NCBI GenBank assembly: GCA_963724295.1
Contig: CAVRUC010000007.1
Coordinates: 352,001 to 416,000 of the forward strand
Direction: 5' to 3'
Length of the DNA stretch: 64,000 bases
Source: an uncultured Chloroflexia bacterium
Lineage (GTDB): Bacteria > Chloroflexota > Chloroflexia > Thermomicrobiales > UBA6265
The notes below the pieces were generated by a model. It was not told the origin of the DNA, made no database searches, and saw nothing but the letters and a program-made list of their open reading frames with translations. This document shows, one piece after another, positions 1 to 9,592 of the stretch (positions within the stretch are counted from its first letter, which is position 1; each line of letters begins with the position of its first letter). Both the position numbers and the translations under genes were made by a program.

Positions 1-625
1 GAACACCGTGACGATCTCGCTGAGCGCCGCGACGTTGGCCAGCGTCATCGGCTCGTTGGCCGCTTATGGTCTCGCGAGGTTCGAGTATCGGTTCGGGCCT
101 TGGCGGAACAACGATATTTCGTTCTGGTTCCTATCTCAGCTTATTCTGCCTCCAGTGGCGATCGTCTTGCCCATCCTTGTGCTGTATCGCGAGCTGGACC
201 TCCTGGACACCCGCACTGGTCTCGTCCTGGTTTACACGATCATGAACCTACCGATCGTGATCTGGATCATGCGGGATCAGTTCAATTCGATTCCCGTTGA
301 GCTGGAACAAGCGGCACTTGTCGATGGAGCATCAGTTTGGCAAGCGTTCCTACGCATTGTGGTTCCCATTGCAGCCCCTGGGTTTGTGGCCGCGTTCATC
401 CTTTCCCTCGTCTTCTCCTGGAATGAGTACTTTTTCGCCGTGGTCCTGGCCGGCGCTGACGCGCCCACTCTCCCGCTCCTGCTGGCCGGGCAGACCAGCT
501 CACAAGGGACTCGGTGGTGGTCGATCGCGGCCCTGGCCACAGCTGCAATCACTCCGTTGATCATCATTGGTCTCATTATGGAAAAGCACATTGTCAGAGG
601 TTTGACAGCTGGAGCCGTGAAGTAG
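1..625 (+). CDS. Carbohydrate ABC transporter permease (5'-truncated by window edge)
   Basis: Hydrophobic ORF with EAA-like loop (ELEQAALVDGAS), FSWNEY motif and C-terminal RGLTAGAVK typical of MalG/UgpE-type permeases. Confidence 0.9.
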   Translation, partial: NTVTISLSAATLASVIGSLAAYGLARFEYRFGPWRNNDISFWFLSQLILPPVAIVLPILVLYRELDLLDTRTGLVLVYTIMNLPIVIWIMRDQFNSIPVELEQAALVDGASVWQAFLRIVVPIAAPGFVAAFILSLVFSWNEYFFAVVLAGADAPTLPLLLAGQTSSQGTRWWSIAALATAAITPLIIIGLIMEKHIVRGLTAGAVK

Positions 626-797
626 CCTACTGGATCGGACTGATTTCGAGATAACCGGAAGAGTGAATTCGCCCCGGGTCCGAACCAAGCGAAGCCCGAC
701 TGGGTGAGCGTAAACTTCTGAGCCGACCCCGCTGCAATGATCGGGCAACGCCTTGAAGCTTCGTTCTTGAGATGACTGCAGTGACTGCGCTTTGTCC

Positions 798-2414
798 ATG
801 CAATACAGCTTGATCAATCGACGGAATCTTTTGAAGGCGGCCACCGGCGCGGCGGCACTGTTGTATGCGTGGGGTATTCCGGGCAAGTCATATCAGCGAG
901 CGTTCGCTCGCGACGTCGTTACAGAGATTCTCGAAATCCCAGGTCACGGCGCGGAGCCAACTGAGGCCGACTTGGAGCGCGTCGGAGATTTATGTTTGCG
1001 ATCAACGAAGCGGAGCGCTTTTGCAGGTCAAACGGTGACGTTCATCGGACTGAACAACGCGGGCTATCACAATAATATCTTTCGGCCCCTGTCCCGAGCC
1101 TGGGAAGAGTTCACCGGCGCAACAATCCAGTGGGTCGACGTTCCCCAGGAGGAGATGTTCTCCAGGGTGCAGCAGGGTGTAGCCACCGGGGAGATCGAGT
1201 TCGACGTTATGGAAGGGGCTGCACCCTGGGAGGGCGATATTCTCGGTCGCGGTCTTGGGAGCTCCATGCCGGACTGGGTCAAAGAGCAGATTGAACTCAG
1301 CGACTACGTCAAGCTATTGCAGCCTCCAGTCGGCACTTGGGGGGATGCGACCTATCGCATCTCGATTGACGGTGACTGCCACAACTTCAACTTCCGCAGC
1401 GATGTGTTTTCCAGCCCTGAACTGACTGAAGAATGGTCTGCCTCCGGCGGCGAAGGCGACTGGGAAGTTCCTATGAGTTGGCAACAGGTGCAAGCCCAGA
1501 CCAAGTTCCTGAGCGGCAAACAGTTTGACGGCAACGACATCTTCGGTTACCTGGACGCGGTGAAGCCGACCGGCGGCTTCAGCTGGTATTTCTTTGCAAG
1601 CCGTGCCTCAGCGTACGCGAAACATCCGGAAAGCCCCGCTTGGCTGTTCGATCCCAGGACCATGAGGCCCTACGTCGACAATCCCGCGTTCGCACGGGCC
1701 TTGCAAGATATCGTTGATGCGATCAGCGCAGAGCCAACTGACCAGATCAGCGCGGATTACGTGACCACTCTCGGTCAATTCCTCGGTGGCATCGGGGCGA
1801 TGACCGCTTGGTGGGGCGATGTTGGCAAGAGTCCTCAGACCAGTTTTCCACCTGTGTCTCGCGAAAAGATGAGCTTTTCCATCCTGCCTGGCTCACCCGA
1901 TGTCTACAGCAATCAGCGCGGAGTGTGGGATAGAGTCGGCGCGCATCGCCTCAACTTCGCCCCGAACGACGCCTTCATCGGCTGGGGGCTCTACGTCATG
2001 CATTCGGCCGATGAGCGGGGCGTCACCGAGGCTGCGTGGGATCTTGCAGCGCACCTCGGTGGTAAAGATCTTTCGATGTGGCTGGCCATCTACCCATCGG
2101 GGTTTCAACCGTACCGTAATAGCCACTTCGATGTACGCTACTGGGTGAACGCCGGCTACCCGCGCGAGTTTGCCGAGCCCTACCTTGCCTCACTGTCCGC
2201 TTCCTTCAACCACCCGAATCGAGCGGTCGAGCCTCGGATACCGGCTATCTTCGACTATTACATCGCAGCTGAAGATGAAGTGGCACTGGCTGTTGCTGGC
2301 GAAAAGACCGCGCAGGATGCTATGAGCTCTGCCGCAGCCAGGTGGGACGAGATTACTGACCGCAACGGCCGCCAAAGCCAGATCGCCTTATACCAAGCCG
2401 CGCTGGGCCTGTAG
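798..2414 (+). CDS. Sugar ABC transporter substrate-binding protein, Tat-exported
   Basis: Twin-arginine signal NRRNLLK; family-1 SBP features (IDGDCH, VEPRIP, AAARWDEIT); follows the permease. Confidence 0.85.
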   Translation: MQYSLINRRNLLKAATGAAALLYAWGIPGKSYQRAFARDVVTEILEIPGHGAEPTEADLERVGDLCLRSTKRSAFAGQTVTFIGLNNAGYHNNIFRPLSRAWEEFTGATIQWVDVPQEEMFSRVQQGVATGEIEFDVMEGAAPWEGDILGRGLGSSMPDWVKEQIELSDYVKLLQPPVGTWGDATYRISIDGDCHNFNFRSDVFSSPELTEEWSASGGEGDWEVPMSWQQVQAQTKFLSGKQFDGNDIFGYLDAVKPTGGFSWYFFASRASAYAKHPESPAWLFDPRTMRPYVDNPAFARALQDIVDAISAEPTDQISADYVTTLGQFLGGIGAMTAWWGDVGKSPQTSFPPVSREKMSFSILPGSPDVYSNQRGVWDRVGAHRLNFAPNDAFIGWGLYVMHSADERGVTEAAWDLAAHLGGKDLSMWLAIYPSGFQPYRNSHFDVRYWVNAGYPREFAEPYLASLSASFNHPNRAVEPRIPAIFDYYIAAEDEVALAVAGEKTAQDAMSSAAARWDEITDRNGRQSQIALYQAALGL

Positions 2415-2627
2415 ATCATGCGAATCAGGTCCTCGTTGCTTCCGCCTCGGCTATCGTTTGTCATACGAGGTCAGGATGGTGCCTCTGGAATTGCAATCCC
2501 GGCAACAGCTTTAGACACCATCATCAGCAGCTTTCTGAGGCGAGACATCGTCAAGGAGCTGACCGCGGGCTTGGTGGAGTAGTTCAAATAAAGAGACTCG
2601 GTGCATCGTCGAATACGAGGAAAGCGC

Positions 2628-2828
2628 ATGACCGACAAGATCAAGCGAGCGGGACTTGGAAAGGTGATCTACTCCGTCGACGACAAGACGGAGGAGCCGA
2701 CCCAGCGCGAAGAGAAAGCGGAGCAGGCCGAAGTTCAGGAGGCAGTCGAGGAATCATTTCCCGCGAGCGATCCGCCGGGCTTCGCGGGAGGCACCTGCAC
2801 AGATCAGGAAAAGAACGCTTCTCAATAG
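2628..2828 (+). CDS. Small acidic hypothetical protein with ESFPASDPP motif
   Basis: GAGGA SD-like sequence before ATG 2628; VEESFPASDPP is a motif I recognise from small bacterial hypothetical proteins. Confidence 0.65.
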   Translation: MTDKIKRAGLGKVIYSVDDKTEEPTQREEKAEQAEVQEAVEESFPASDPPGFAGGTCTDQEKNASQ

Positions 2829-2832
2829 AGCT

Positions 2833-4640
2833 TCAGTCTTCTTGAGAGGCGCGCCACAGTTCCCAGGTGCGAGCGGTCTGCCAGGCCATGTCCGGCACGA
2901 ATCCCTCGATCCCGGGAGCGATGAGCACCAGATCTTGGGGAAACCCGAGCCAGAGTCCGAAGAGATCCTCGTCGACCACGCGCTGCAGCCTTCTCAGGGC
3001 CGCCGCCTGTCGCTCGACGGAGACGGCGCCGAGGAACTCCTCGATCGCTTCATCCGCGTCAGCGTTCGCGTAACCTCCCGGATTCCAGCCCGCCGGGTTG
3101 GTCCGAATGTCCCACGCCGACCCATAGAGATCGAAATCGGTGAATCCCGGAAGCTGGTCGTAGGCGTACGCGATGAGGTCGTAGTCCCGGCGCGTGATCC
3201 AGCGCTCATCGAATGCGTCGGGCGGCAGGACTTCGATCGAGAGGATCATGCCGACCGACGCTAGGTCCCGGGCGACCCGGGCCATCACCGCCGCCAACTC
3301 GGGCCGGCTATCCTCGCGGAGGATCGCGACCGGGCGCAGCTGGCGGCCATTGACGTCTTCGCGCACGCCATCTCCATCGTAATCAATCCAGCCGGACTCG
3401 GTGAGCAATACCGAGGCCGCCTCCGGACTGTATGCCGGACGTTGTCAGTTCGTCGTCATGGGCCCAGGGCTGGGCGACGGTGCCGGCGGCCTGCCATCGC
3501 GTGAACCCACCGAAGACCTCTTCCGCATACCGTTCTCTGTTGATCGCCAGCGACGCGGCCTGCCTCACGCGAAGGTCTGTCCAGAGGCTGCCATCCGGCT
3601 GGTTTGGATTCGCGAAGTTGAACGCGGCGAACATCACCGATGCGGCTGGCACAGGATGGAGCGTTCCGGAAGCGTCGCTCAATTCCCGCAGCTGGGGCAG
3701 GCGCACCGGCCAGATGACCTGCGATTCCCCATCTTGCCAGGCTTCCAACCTGGCGCGCGGTCCGTCCATCGCGGCAATCTCGAGCTGATCGAGCCAGGGT
3801 CCTCTGCCCCAATAGCGGTCGAACCGGGTGAACGTGACCTGGGTCGCATCCCATTCAGCAACGTGCCAGGGTCCCGTGCCGACCGGTAGGGTGCGCTGAC
3901 CAGTCGAAACCCGACAGTGACCGTCCCGATGCAGGCAGTCCCTGCCAGAACTCGCCGTACTGCTCTCGGGAGACGATTGGCAGGGTCGCGACATTGAAGA
4001 GCCAGTTTGGGTCGCGAGCAGTGAACCGAACGCGAAGCTCGCGGTCGGAAATTGCGTCGAGGCTTTCGACCAGGGCGAAGAGTCCGCTGACGATCGAATC
4101 GGTGTCGCTTCTATAGACCTCAAACGTGAATGCGGCATCGGCGGCTGACAGCGGGGACCCGTCGTGCCAAACCACGCCATCGCGCAGCGCGAAGATGAGC
4201 TCGAGCCCCTGCTCCCGCCACTCCCAGCGCCGCGCTAACCACGGAGTCGGCCGCATCGTGGCCGGGTCCGGACGGACGAGCGGCTCCAGGTAGCTGAGAG
4301 GGATCTGCGGGTCTTGCTGAAATGCGCTCGGATTGAAGTTTCCGACGCCTTCGCCCGGTCGAACGAGTCGAAGCGCGCCGCCGGGCGCCGGCGTCCCGGC
4401 GACGGGCGCGGCATCGCTCGCCAGCGTGATGCCCTCTGGCAAGGTGATCCCGGACTGGGTTTCGACCGCCTCGCCGGCGCTGGGTGTAGCCGGCTGCGTC
4501 TGGGCGAGTGCTGTCCGCTTTCTGGCCCCAACGTTCGCGGCGAGCCAGGTGCCCAGTGCCGCGCGAATCACCGCTCGCCGCGGCACGGCCGCCACTCGAG
4601 CTGGATAGTCGGCCCTCTGCTCACCTTGCTCCAACGGCAT
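2833..4640 (-). pseudogene. Peptide/nickel ABC substrate-binding protein (family 5) with two frameshifts (~3890, ~3439); pseudogene or sequencing error
   Basis: Three consecutive frames join into one SBP5: Tat-like PRRAVI signal and LRDGVVWHDG (3855-4640); PVGTGPW and RVRQAASLAINR (middle frame); GWIDYDGDGVRE and NPGGYAN (2833-3408). Confidence 0.85.
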
Positions 4641-4850
4641 GTCGACAGATGCCTCCGTTACTTAGCCTGAACGTCGCGAATTCGTTGTCCACCAGCTGGC
4701 ACTGATGACCCGGGAGGATCAGCAAAACCGCGTCGAGCCAAGCCTACCAAAGGCGTTTCAGTGAGAAGCGAATAGGGCACCTCAGCCGGTACGCCCGCTG
4801 TCGCTTCGGGCTAGCGCGGGTAGCCCCGCTGTTTGGCGTGCCTGGCACGT

Positions 4851-5573
4851 CTACGTCGCGGCGCCAAGGAGCCGAGGCAGTTCTGCGAGCGTGCTAATCT
4901 GACGGCTCGGCGGTGGACCGGGCTCGGTCCACGGTCGCTGATGCCGATTCACCCAGACCGTTGGAATGCCGGCCGCTTGGGCCCCCGCTATGTCGAACTC
5001 AGCCGAATCACCGACGAAGACCGCCTCCTCGGGTCCGACCCCGGCCAGTCGCAGCGCCTCACGAAAAATCTGGGGGTCGGGCTTTGCCACGCCGAATTCT
5101 TCGGAGACAAGGACGAAGTCAACCAGGCGGTCGATCCCGAGTAATTCCAGTTTCGCGTGCTGCACCTCTGTTGGTCCGTTGGTCACGATCCCGATCGGGC
5201 GAGCGGCCCTGGCGTCGGCGGCTGACACGGCGCTCCGCACTGTCGCGAACACCGCTTCAGTCTCTGGAAACAGGCGTAAGCCGTGAAAACGGTTCTTGCG
5301 ATACCAGTCGGCCGCGGCCGCCGCCACCTCGGCATCGGCGATCCCGAATCGAGCAAACAACTCTGCGAAGTGATCAGCGCCGTGCGGGTGCATCTGAATC
5401 GATTCCGCAATCATGCGGTCGAGGTCGATTTCACCACCTGGCTGGATGCCACATGGTGAGAGCGTGAAAGCACGCCGCAATCGTGTCTCACGGGCCGCGG
5501 CGTAGTCACAGAGGGTGTCGTCGAGATCGAAGATTACGGCCTTCGGTCTGGGATCAAGTGGCCGCGGCGCCAT
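4851..5573 (-). CDS. HAD-family hydrolase (YjjG/YfnB-like)
   Basis: Motif I FDLDDTL, IVTNG, AKPDP and VGDS..FDIAGA; start set at ATG 5573. Confidence 0.9.
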   Translation of the reverse strand: MAPRPLDPRPKAVIFDLDDTLCDYAAARETRLRRAFTLSPCGIQPGGEIDLDRMIAESIQMHPHGADHFAELFARFGIADAEVAAAAADWYRKNRFHGLRLFPETEAVFATVRSAVSAADARAARPIGIVTNGPTEVQHAKLELLGIDRLVDFVLVSEEFGVAKPDPQIFREALRLAGVGPEEAVFVGDSAEFDIAGAQAAGIPTVWVNRHQRPWTEPGPPPSRQISTLAELPRLLGAAT

Positions 5574-7855
5574 CAGATCCGACGGGGTTGTTCGCCGCGG
5601 AAGGGTTCGACTCTCGCACCTGGAGGCGTTCACGCGCGCCGTCGACGCCCTCAGCAACCAGCTGCGCCAGGTGGAACACTTCGAGTCGCCGGCCCTGGGC
5701 GTCGCTGCCACCGCGAAGCTGCATGATGCATCCCTGGTTATCCGTCACGATCTCCAGCGCACCGGTAGCTTCGGCGTCGTCGAGCTTCCGATCCATCAGC
5801 CGCTCACTGATCTCGCGGGTAGTCAAATGAAAAGCTTCCCCCAAAGCCACAGCAGATTCTCGGTTCGGCAAGATCTCGCACGTCGTGCCCAAGCACGTCA
5901 CCGAGGATTCGTCTTGGGGCTGCGCTGACTCCGAGCGCGTTCAGGCCCTGGCAAGAATCGTGGTACGCCACTACTCGCCGCTTCACGTGGGCAAGACTCC
6001 CTCCGGGCAGATCGGCGATTGAATCGACGAATGACGTAAAGTCGATCACTTTTTGCGCGATTGACTCTGCCCGCGCAAGCCAGACCGGATCATCGCGGAA
6101 CAGATGGAGGTAGTCCTGACTGAGAGTAGCGACACAGCTCGCGCTGCCTGAAACGATAAAATCGACGTCGCAGCGTTCCAATGCCCCGATGGTTTGCCGC
6201 GCCATCCATTTTCCGTGCCTGGCGTCACCTGAGTTGAGCGCGGGAAGCCCACAGCAATGCAGCCCCGCGGGGTAGAGGACGCTCACCCCGAGTCCTCTCA
6301 GCGCCCGCACGATGGCCTGACCCTGTTCGGGATAGAGGTTATCGGTCATGCACCCCGGAAAGAGTGCTACCCGGTAGCCAGCCGCGCCGTTGGCAACGAC
6401 CGGGCGTTCCGCCGCCAGGAGCTCCCCCCGCGGTACCCGTGACCGCAACGGCGGATCCGCCAGGACCGGCAATGACCGCCATCGCGTTTGGCCGCGTACA
6501 ACAGGGAGTCTCCTCGTCCGCAACAGGCGAGCGTCACGAACCACTGGCCGTTGCAGTCGGCGAGCGACCTTCAACGCCAGATCGGAGCTCTTTGGTCGGG
6601 CGTAAAGGGCCAGAATCGTTCGTTTGGGTTCCTTGATCCCGAATTCCCGCACAACCATCGACCGCACGTCGAGAATTTGCCGCGGCAACGGAATCCCCGC
6701 CGGACAGACGGTTTCGCAGGCGTTACAGGAGAGACACAGGCTCTGCGGGCCGGCCGCGGCCTCCAGCCCGTGGTGAAAACCGGTCACCACCAGACCAATT
6801 GCGCCGGTGTAGATGTAACCGAACGCGTGGCCTCCGACCTCCCGATACGGAGGACAGACATTCGCGCACGCCGCACAGCGGATGCAGTGCAGCGCTTCCG
6901 TGAACTCGGGCATGGACGCCATCGTGCGCCGGCCGTTATCGACCAGCACGATGTGCATCTCGTGACCCGGAGTCGGGCCGCTGATGAACGTGGTGTAGCT
7001 CGTAATCCGCTGCGCGGTACCGGACCGCGCCAGGAGCCGGAGCTGCGTAACCGCGTCGTCGAAGCTCGGGATCAGCTTTTCGATTCCCGCGAGGACGACG
7101 TGAACTGGCGGAACGGAGGCGCATAGGCGACCATTGCCTTCGTTGGTCACCATCATCACGGTTCCGGACTCGGCGATCAGCGCGTTGGCGCCGGTGATAC
7201 CCATCCCCGCCGCGAAGAACGCGTCACGGATTTCGTTGCGCGCCGTCCCCACCTGGGCCGCAATGTCCTCCCCGGATACCTCGTGTCCCAACGCCGTCGA
7301 CATGTCCGCGCCAATTTCCTGCCGGGAGAGGTGGACGGCGGGCATCACCATGTGGCTCGGTCGCTCGTGGCGGAGCTGGACGATCCACTCGCCGAGATCG
7401 GTCTCCACCACGCGGTAGCCAGCATCCTCGGCAACATGGTTGAACCCGATCTCCTCACTCACCATCGACTTCGACTTGGCGATGAGTGAGACGTCGTGGC
7501 GCCGCCCGATGTCCAGGATGACGCGATTGGCGGCAGCCGCATCGCTGGCAAGGTGAACGGTCGCACCGGCCCCCTCCGCCGCCGCGCGGAACGCTTCGAG
7601 ATATCTGTCCAGATCGGCTGTGACCGCGCTCTTCGCTCGTTTCAACCGCGCCTGCAGCGTCGGGAAATCGATCTCGCCCGCCGCGTTGTCGCGTGCCGAC
7701 CGCCAGCCTTGCTGGAACGCGGTCAGGTTGTCCGGCAATCGAGGATTTTCGAGCGCGCTGCGCAGACGCACATCGAATCTGTCAGCATGGTCGGTCGGAT
7801 AGGAAATGCGCCCGTCGCCCTGCGGCCGGCTGATGGCGACCTCTTGGTTAGTCAT
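5554..7855 (-). CDS. LUD-domain lactate-utilisation protein: LutB (LUD + two 4Fe-4S) fused to a LutA-like CCG domain; frameshift near 5816
   Basis: KSKSMVSEE, ETDLGE, CIRCAACANVCP, CLSCNACETVCP, then FPGCMTD, CCG, YHDSC and CCGFGG; C-terminus (EISERL...TDNQGCIMQL...HLAQLV) continues in the 5554-5901 frame. Confidence 0.85.
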
Positions 7856-7917
7856 GACGCTGAAACGGGACGCGGTGCGCAGCCTCAACCTTCGGCGACG
7901 TTCGACTGGACGTGGAA

Positions 7918-8340
7918 CTATGAGACACCGTCGCTCCAGAACTGCTCGCGAAATTCGCTCGAGTCGTAATAGCCGACGATACTGGTGATCTTGCCCGCGT
8001 TACTGCGTACGATCGCCACTTGCTCGGAGAGCAGCTCACGACCGAGGTGGGAAGCGAATTCTCGCAGCGTGAACTGCACCGCGGCCCGTTCGCCGTCGGA
8101 CACCACGTCCGTGACCTCCCAGCGCGCGGTCGGATAGGAGCTCACGACGGTGCCAAAATAGGCGACGATCTCATCGGCCGGTCGGATCAGCTCACGGTGC
8201 GGAAGCGCCCGGAACGAGGCGTGGTTCGCCAGCGTCGCGCGCAATCGGCGCGGATCGCGAGCATCGATTGCGGCGAAGAACTCGCGCCCCAGTTCCTCCG
8301 CCGTGGCCATCCCGGCGTCCGCGGCACTGTCTCGTTCCAT
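7918..8340 (-). CDS. SnoaL-like / NTF2-family protein
   Basis: REFFAAIDARD, DVVSDGERAAVQF and GKITSIVGYYD patterns; about 140 aa. Confidence 0.75.
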   Translation of the reverse strand: MERDSAADAGMATAEELGREFFAAIDARDPRRLRATLANHASFRALPHRELIRPADEIVAYFGTVVSSYPTARWEVTDVVSDGERAAVQFTLREFASHLGRELLSEQVAIVRSNAGKITSIVGYYDSSEFREQFWSDGVS

Positions 8341-8396
8341 GCCTCGCCTATCCGCTCGCGTCCGGGACGCGCGCCCTGGCCGGCTTCCTGACATAC

Positions 8397-9011
8397 CTAC
8401 TCACGCGACACCGACGCCAGGAATGGCTCCTCGATATGCGTGAAGTCGACCTGAGATACGGTGGCGATGCCCTCCCGCGCTCCACTCCGGCTCAAGGCGC
8501 GGTCGATGCGCTGCAGCATTTCCCGGTCATGGCCGGCCAGGAACTCCGCTAGCTGGCGGATTGTCCAGTTTCGCTGCGTGCGGCTGTAGCCGCCCCGCTC
8601 CCAGGCGGTGTCGGGCAGTGCCCGCAGCAGTGCCGTCGAACTCTCACGCACCCGTCGGAACTCCGACAGGATGACCAGGGGGTGAGCGGAGCGATCGACC
8701 GCGGTTTGCGCCGGCGAAGGATCGACACGAGGGATCCGGTCGAGATCCGGGTCTCTCTCGTTTGCGATGGCGTTCATGAATCCGTAGGCACGCGTTTCGG
8801 TATCCCGCAACCGGATCAGGAGCTCTTTGACCGACGGCTCCGATCGACGCGCCGAGAACTCCAGGGCAGTCGGGTCATGGATTGGGGTCAGCCAGCGCGA
8901 CAGGTGGTTGACTGTCTGGAGGAGCCGGATGATCAAGGCATCGTTGGAAAGCTCCCGAATTGACGACCCGGCGGATTCCGTCACCTCTTCTTCGACTGCA
9001 GTCCTGTTCAT
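8397..9011 (-). CDS. DinB/YfiT-family protein (metal-binding His residues partly lost)
   Basis: SVKELLIRLRDTE, FRRVRESSTALLRALP..AWERGG and HDRE match the DinB_2 layout. Confidence 0.75.
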   Translation of the reverse strand: MNRTAVEEEVTESAGSSIRELSNDALIIRLLQTVNHLSRWLTPIHDPTALEFSARRSEPSVKELLIRLRDTETRAYGFMNAIANERDPDLDRIPRVDPSPAQTAVDRSAHPLVILSEFRRVRESSTALLRALPDTAWERGGYSRTQRNWTIRQLAEFLAGHDREMLQRIDRALSRSGAREGIATVSQVDFTHIEEPFLASVSRE

Positions 9012-9093
9012 TTCGACCCTTTCCCCGCATTCTGGGGCGCGCGCTTGACCATGGCCATCGCGCGTTCACAACTCCGGTTGCGCACTCACAGAT

Positions 9094-9525
9094 TCAACAT
9101 GGGCACCTAATGGGGACCTCTGCGGAGCGGACCGCGACACCGTGACCATCGAAGTCAAGACTCCAGGCTCGTAGCTCGACGACCGGCGACATTCCCACGA
9201 TCAGGCTCAATACACCTGGCAACTTCGCTTCGACCAGGTCGGTCCGCGAGGGAACCGGCGGCGTATTCGGATGAGAGTGGACAATCGCCCCGAGCCGTAT
9301 CTCTCTACGCTTCATGTCAGCCAGGGCCGGCATCACGTCGGTGGGGTCCATTGTATATCGCCGAGGCGATGAATCCATATTCTGGCCGGGGTAGAAACGA
9401 ACCGCGATCAGGGATGAGCCGATCCTGCTGGCGGCCAGCAAACCTACGCCTTCGTAAGGTAGGCACCGCCGAAGAAACTCGACGATGCTGTCGCGAAGCT
9501 CGACTGGAAGCGTCAGGGATGTCAC
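9094..9525 (-). CDS. JAB/MPN+ (JAMM) metallopeptidase, Mec-like
   Basis: PYEGVGLL, RYTMDP and intact HSHP-x6-SRTD (HxHx7Sx2D) JAMM motif; start estimated at GTG 9525. Confidence 0.85.
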   Translation of the reverse strand: MTSLTLPVELRDSIVEFLRRCLPYEGVGLLAASRIGSSLIAVRFYPGQNMDSSPRRYTMDPTDVMPALADMKRREIRLGAIVHSHPNTPPVPSRTDLVEAKLPGVLSLIVGMSPVVELRAWSLDFDGHGVAVRSAEVPIRCPC

Positions 9526-9592
9526 AGGGGTGTCTTCGTACACCAGACTACGAGAGCCGAAATGGCCGCGGTAGTTTGCGCTGCCGGCTAGT

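Noticed and set aside
626..797. Possible structured RNA between the permease and SBP genes
   Set aside because: Only a weak bulged stem with several G-U pairs, and no recognisable riboswitch motif
9094..9525. JAB gene as part of a CBASS or other ubiquitin-like defence system
   Set aside because: No CD-NTase, E1/E2 or effector genes nearby. The sequence resembles Mec-type housekeeping JAMMs
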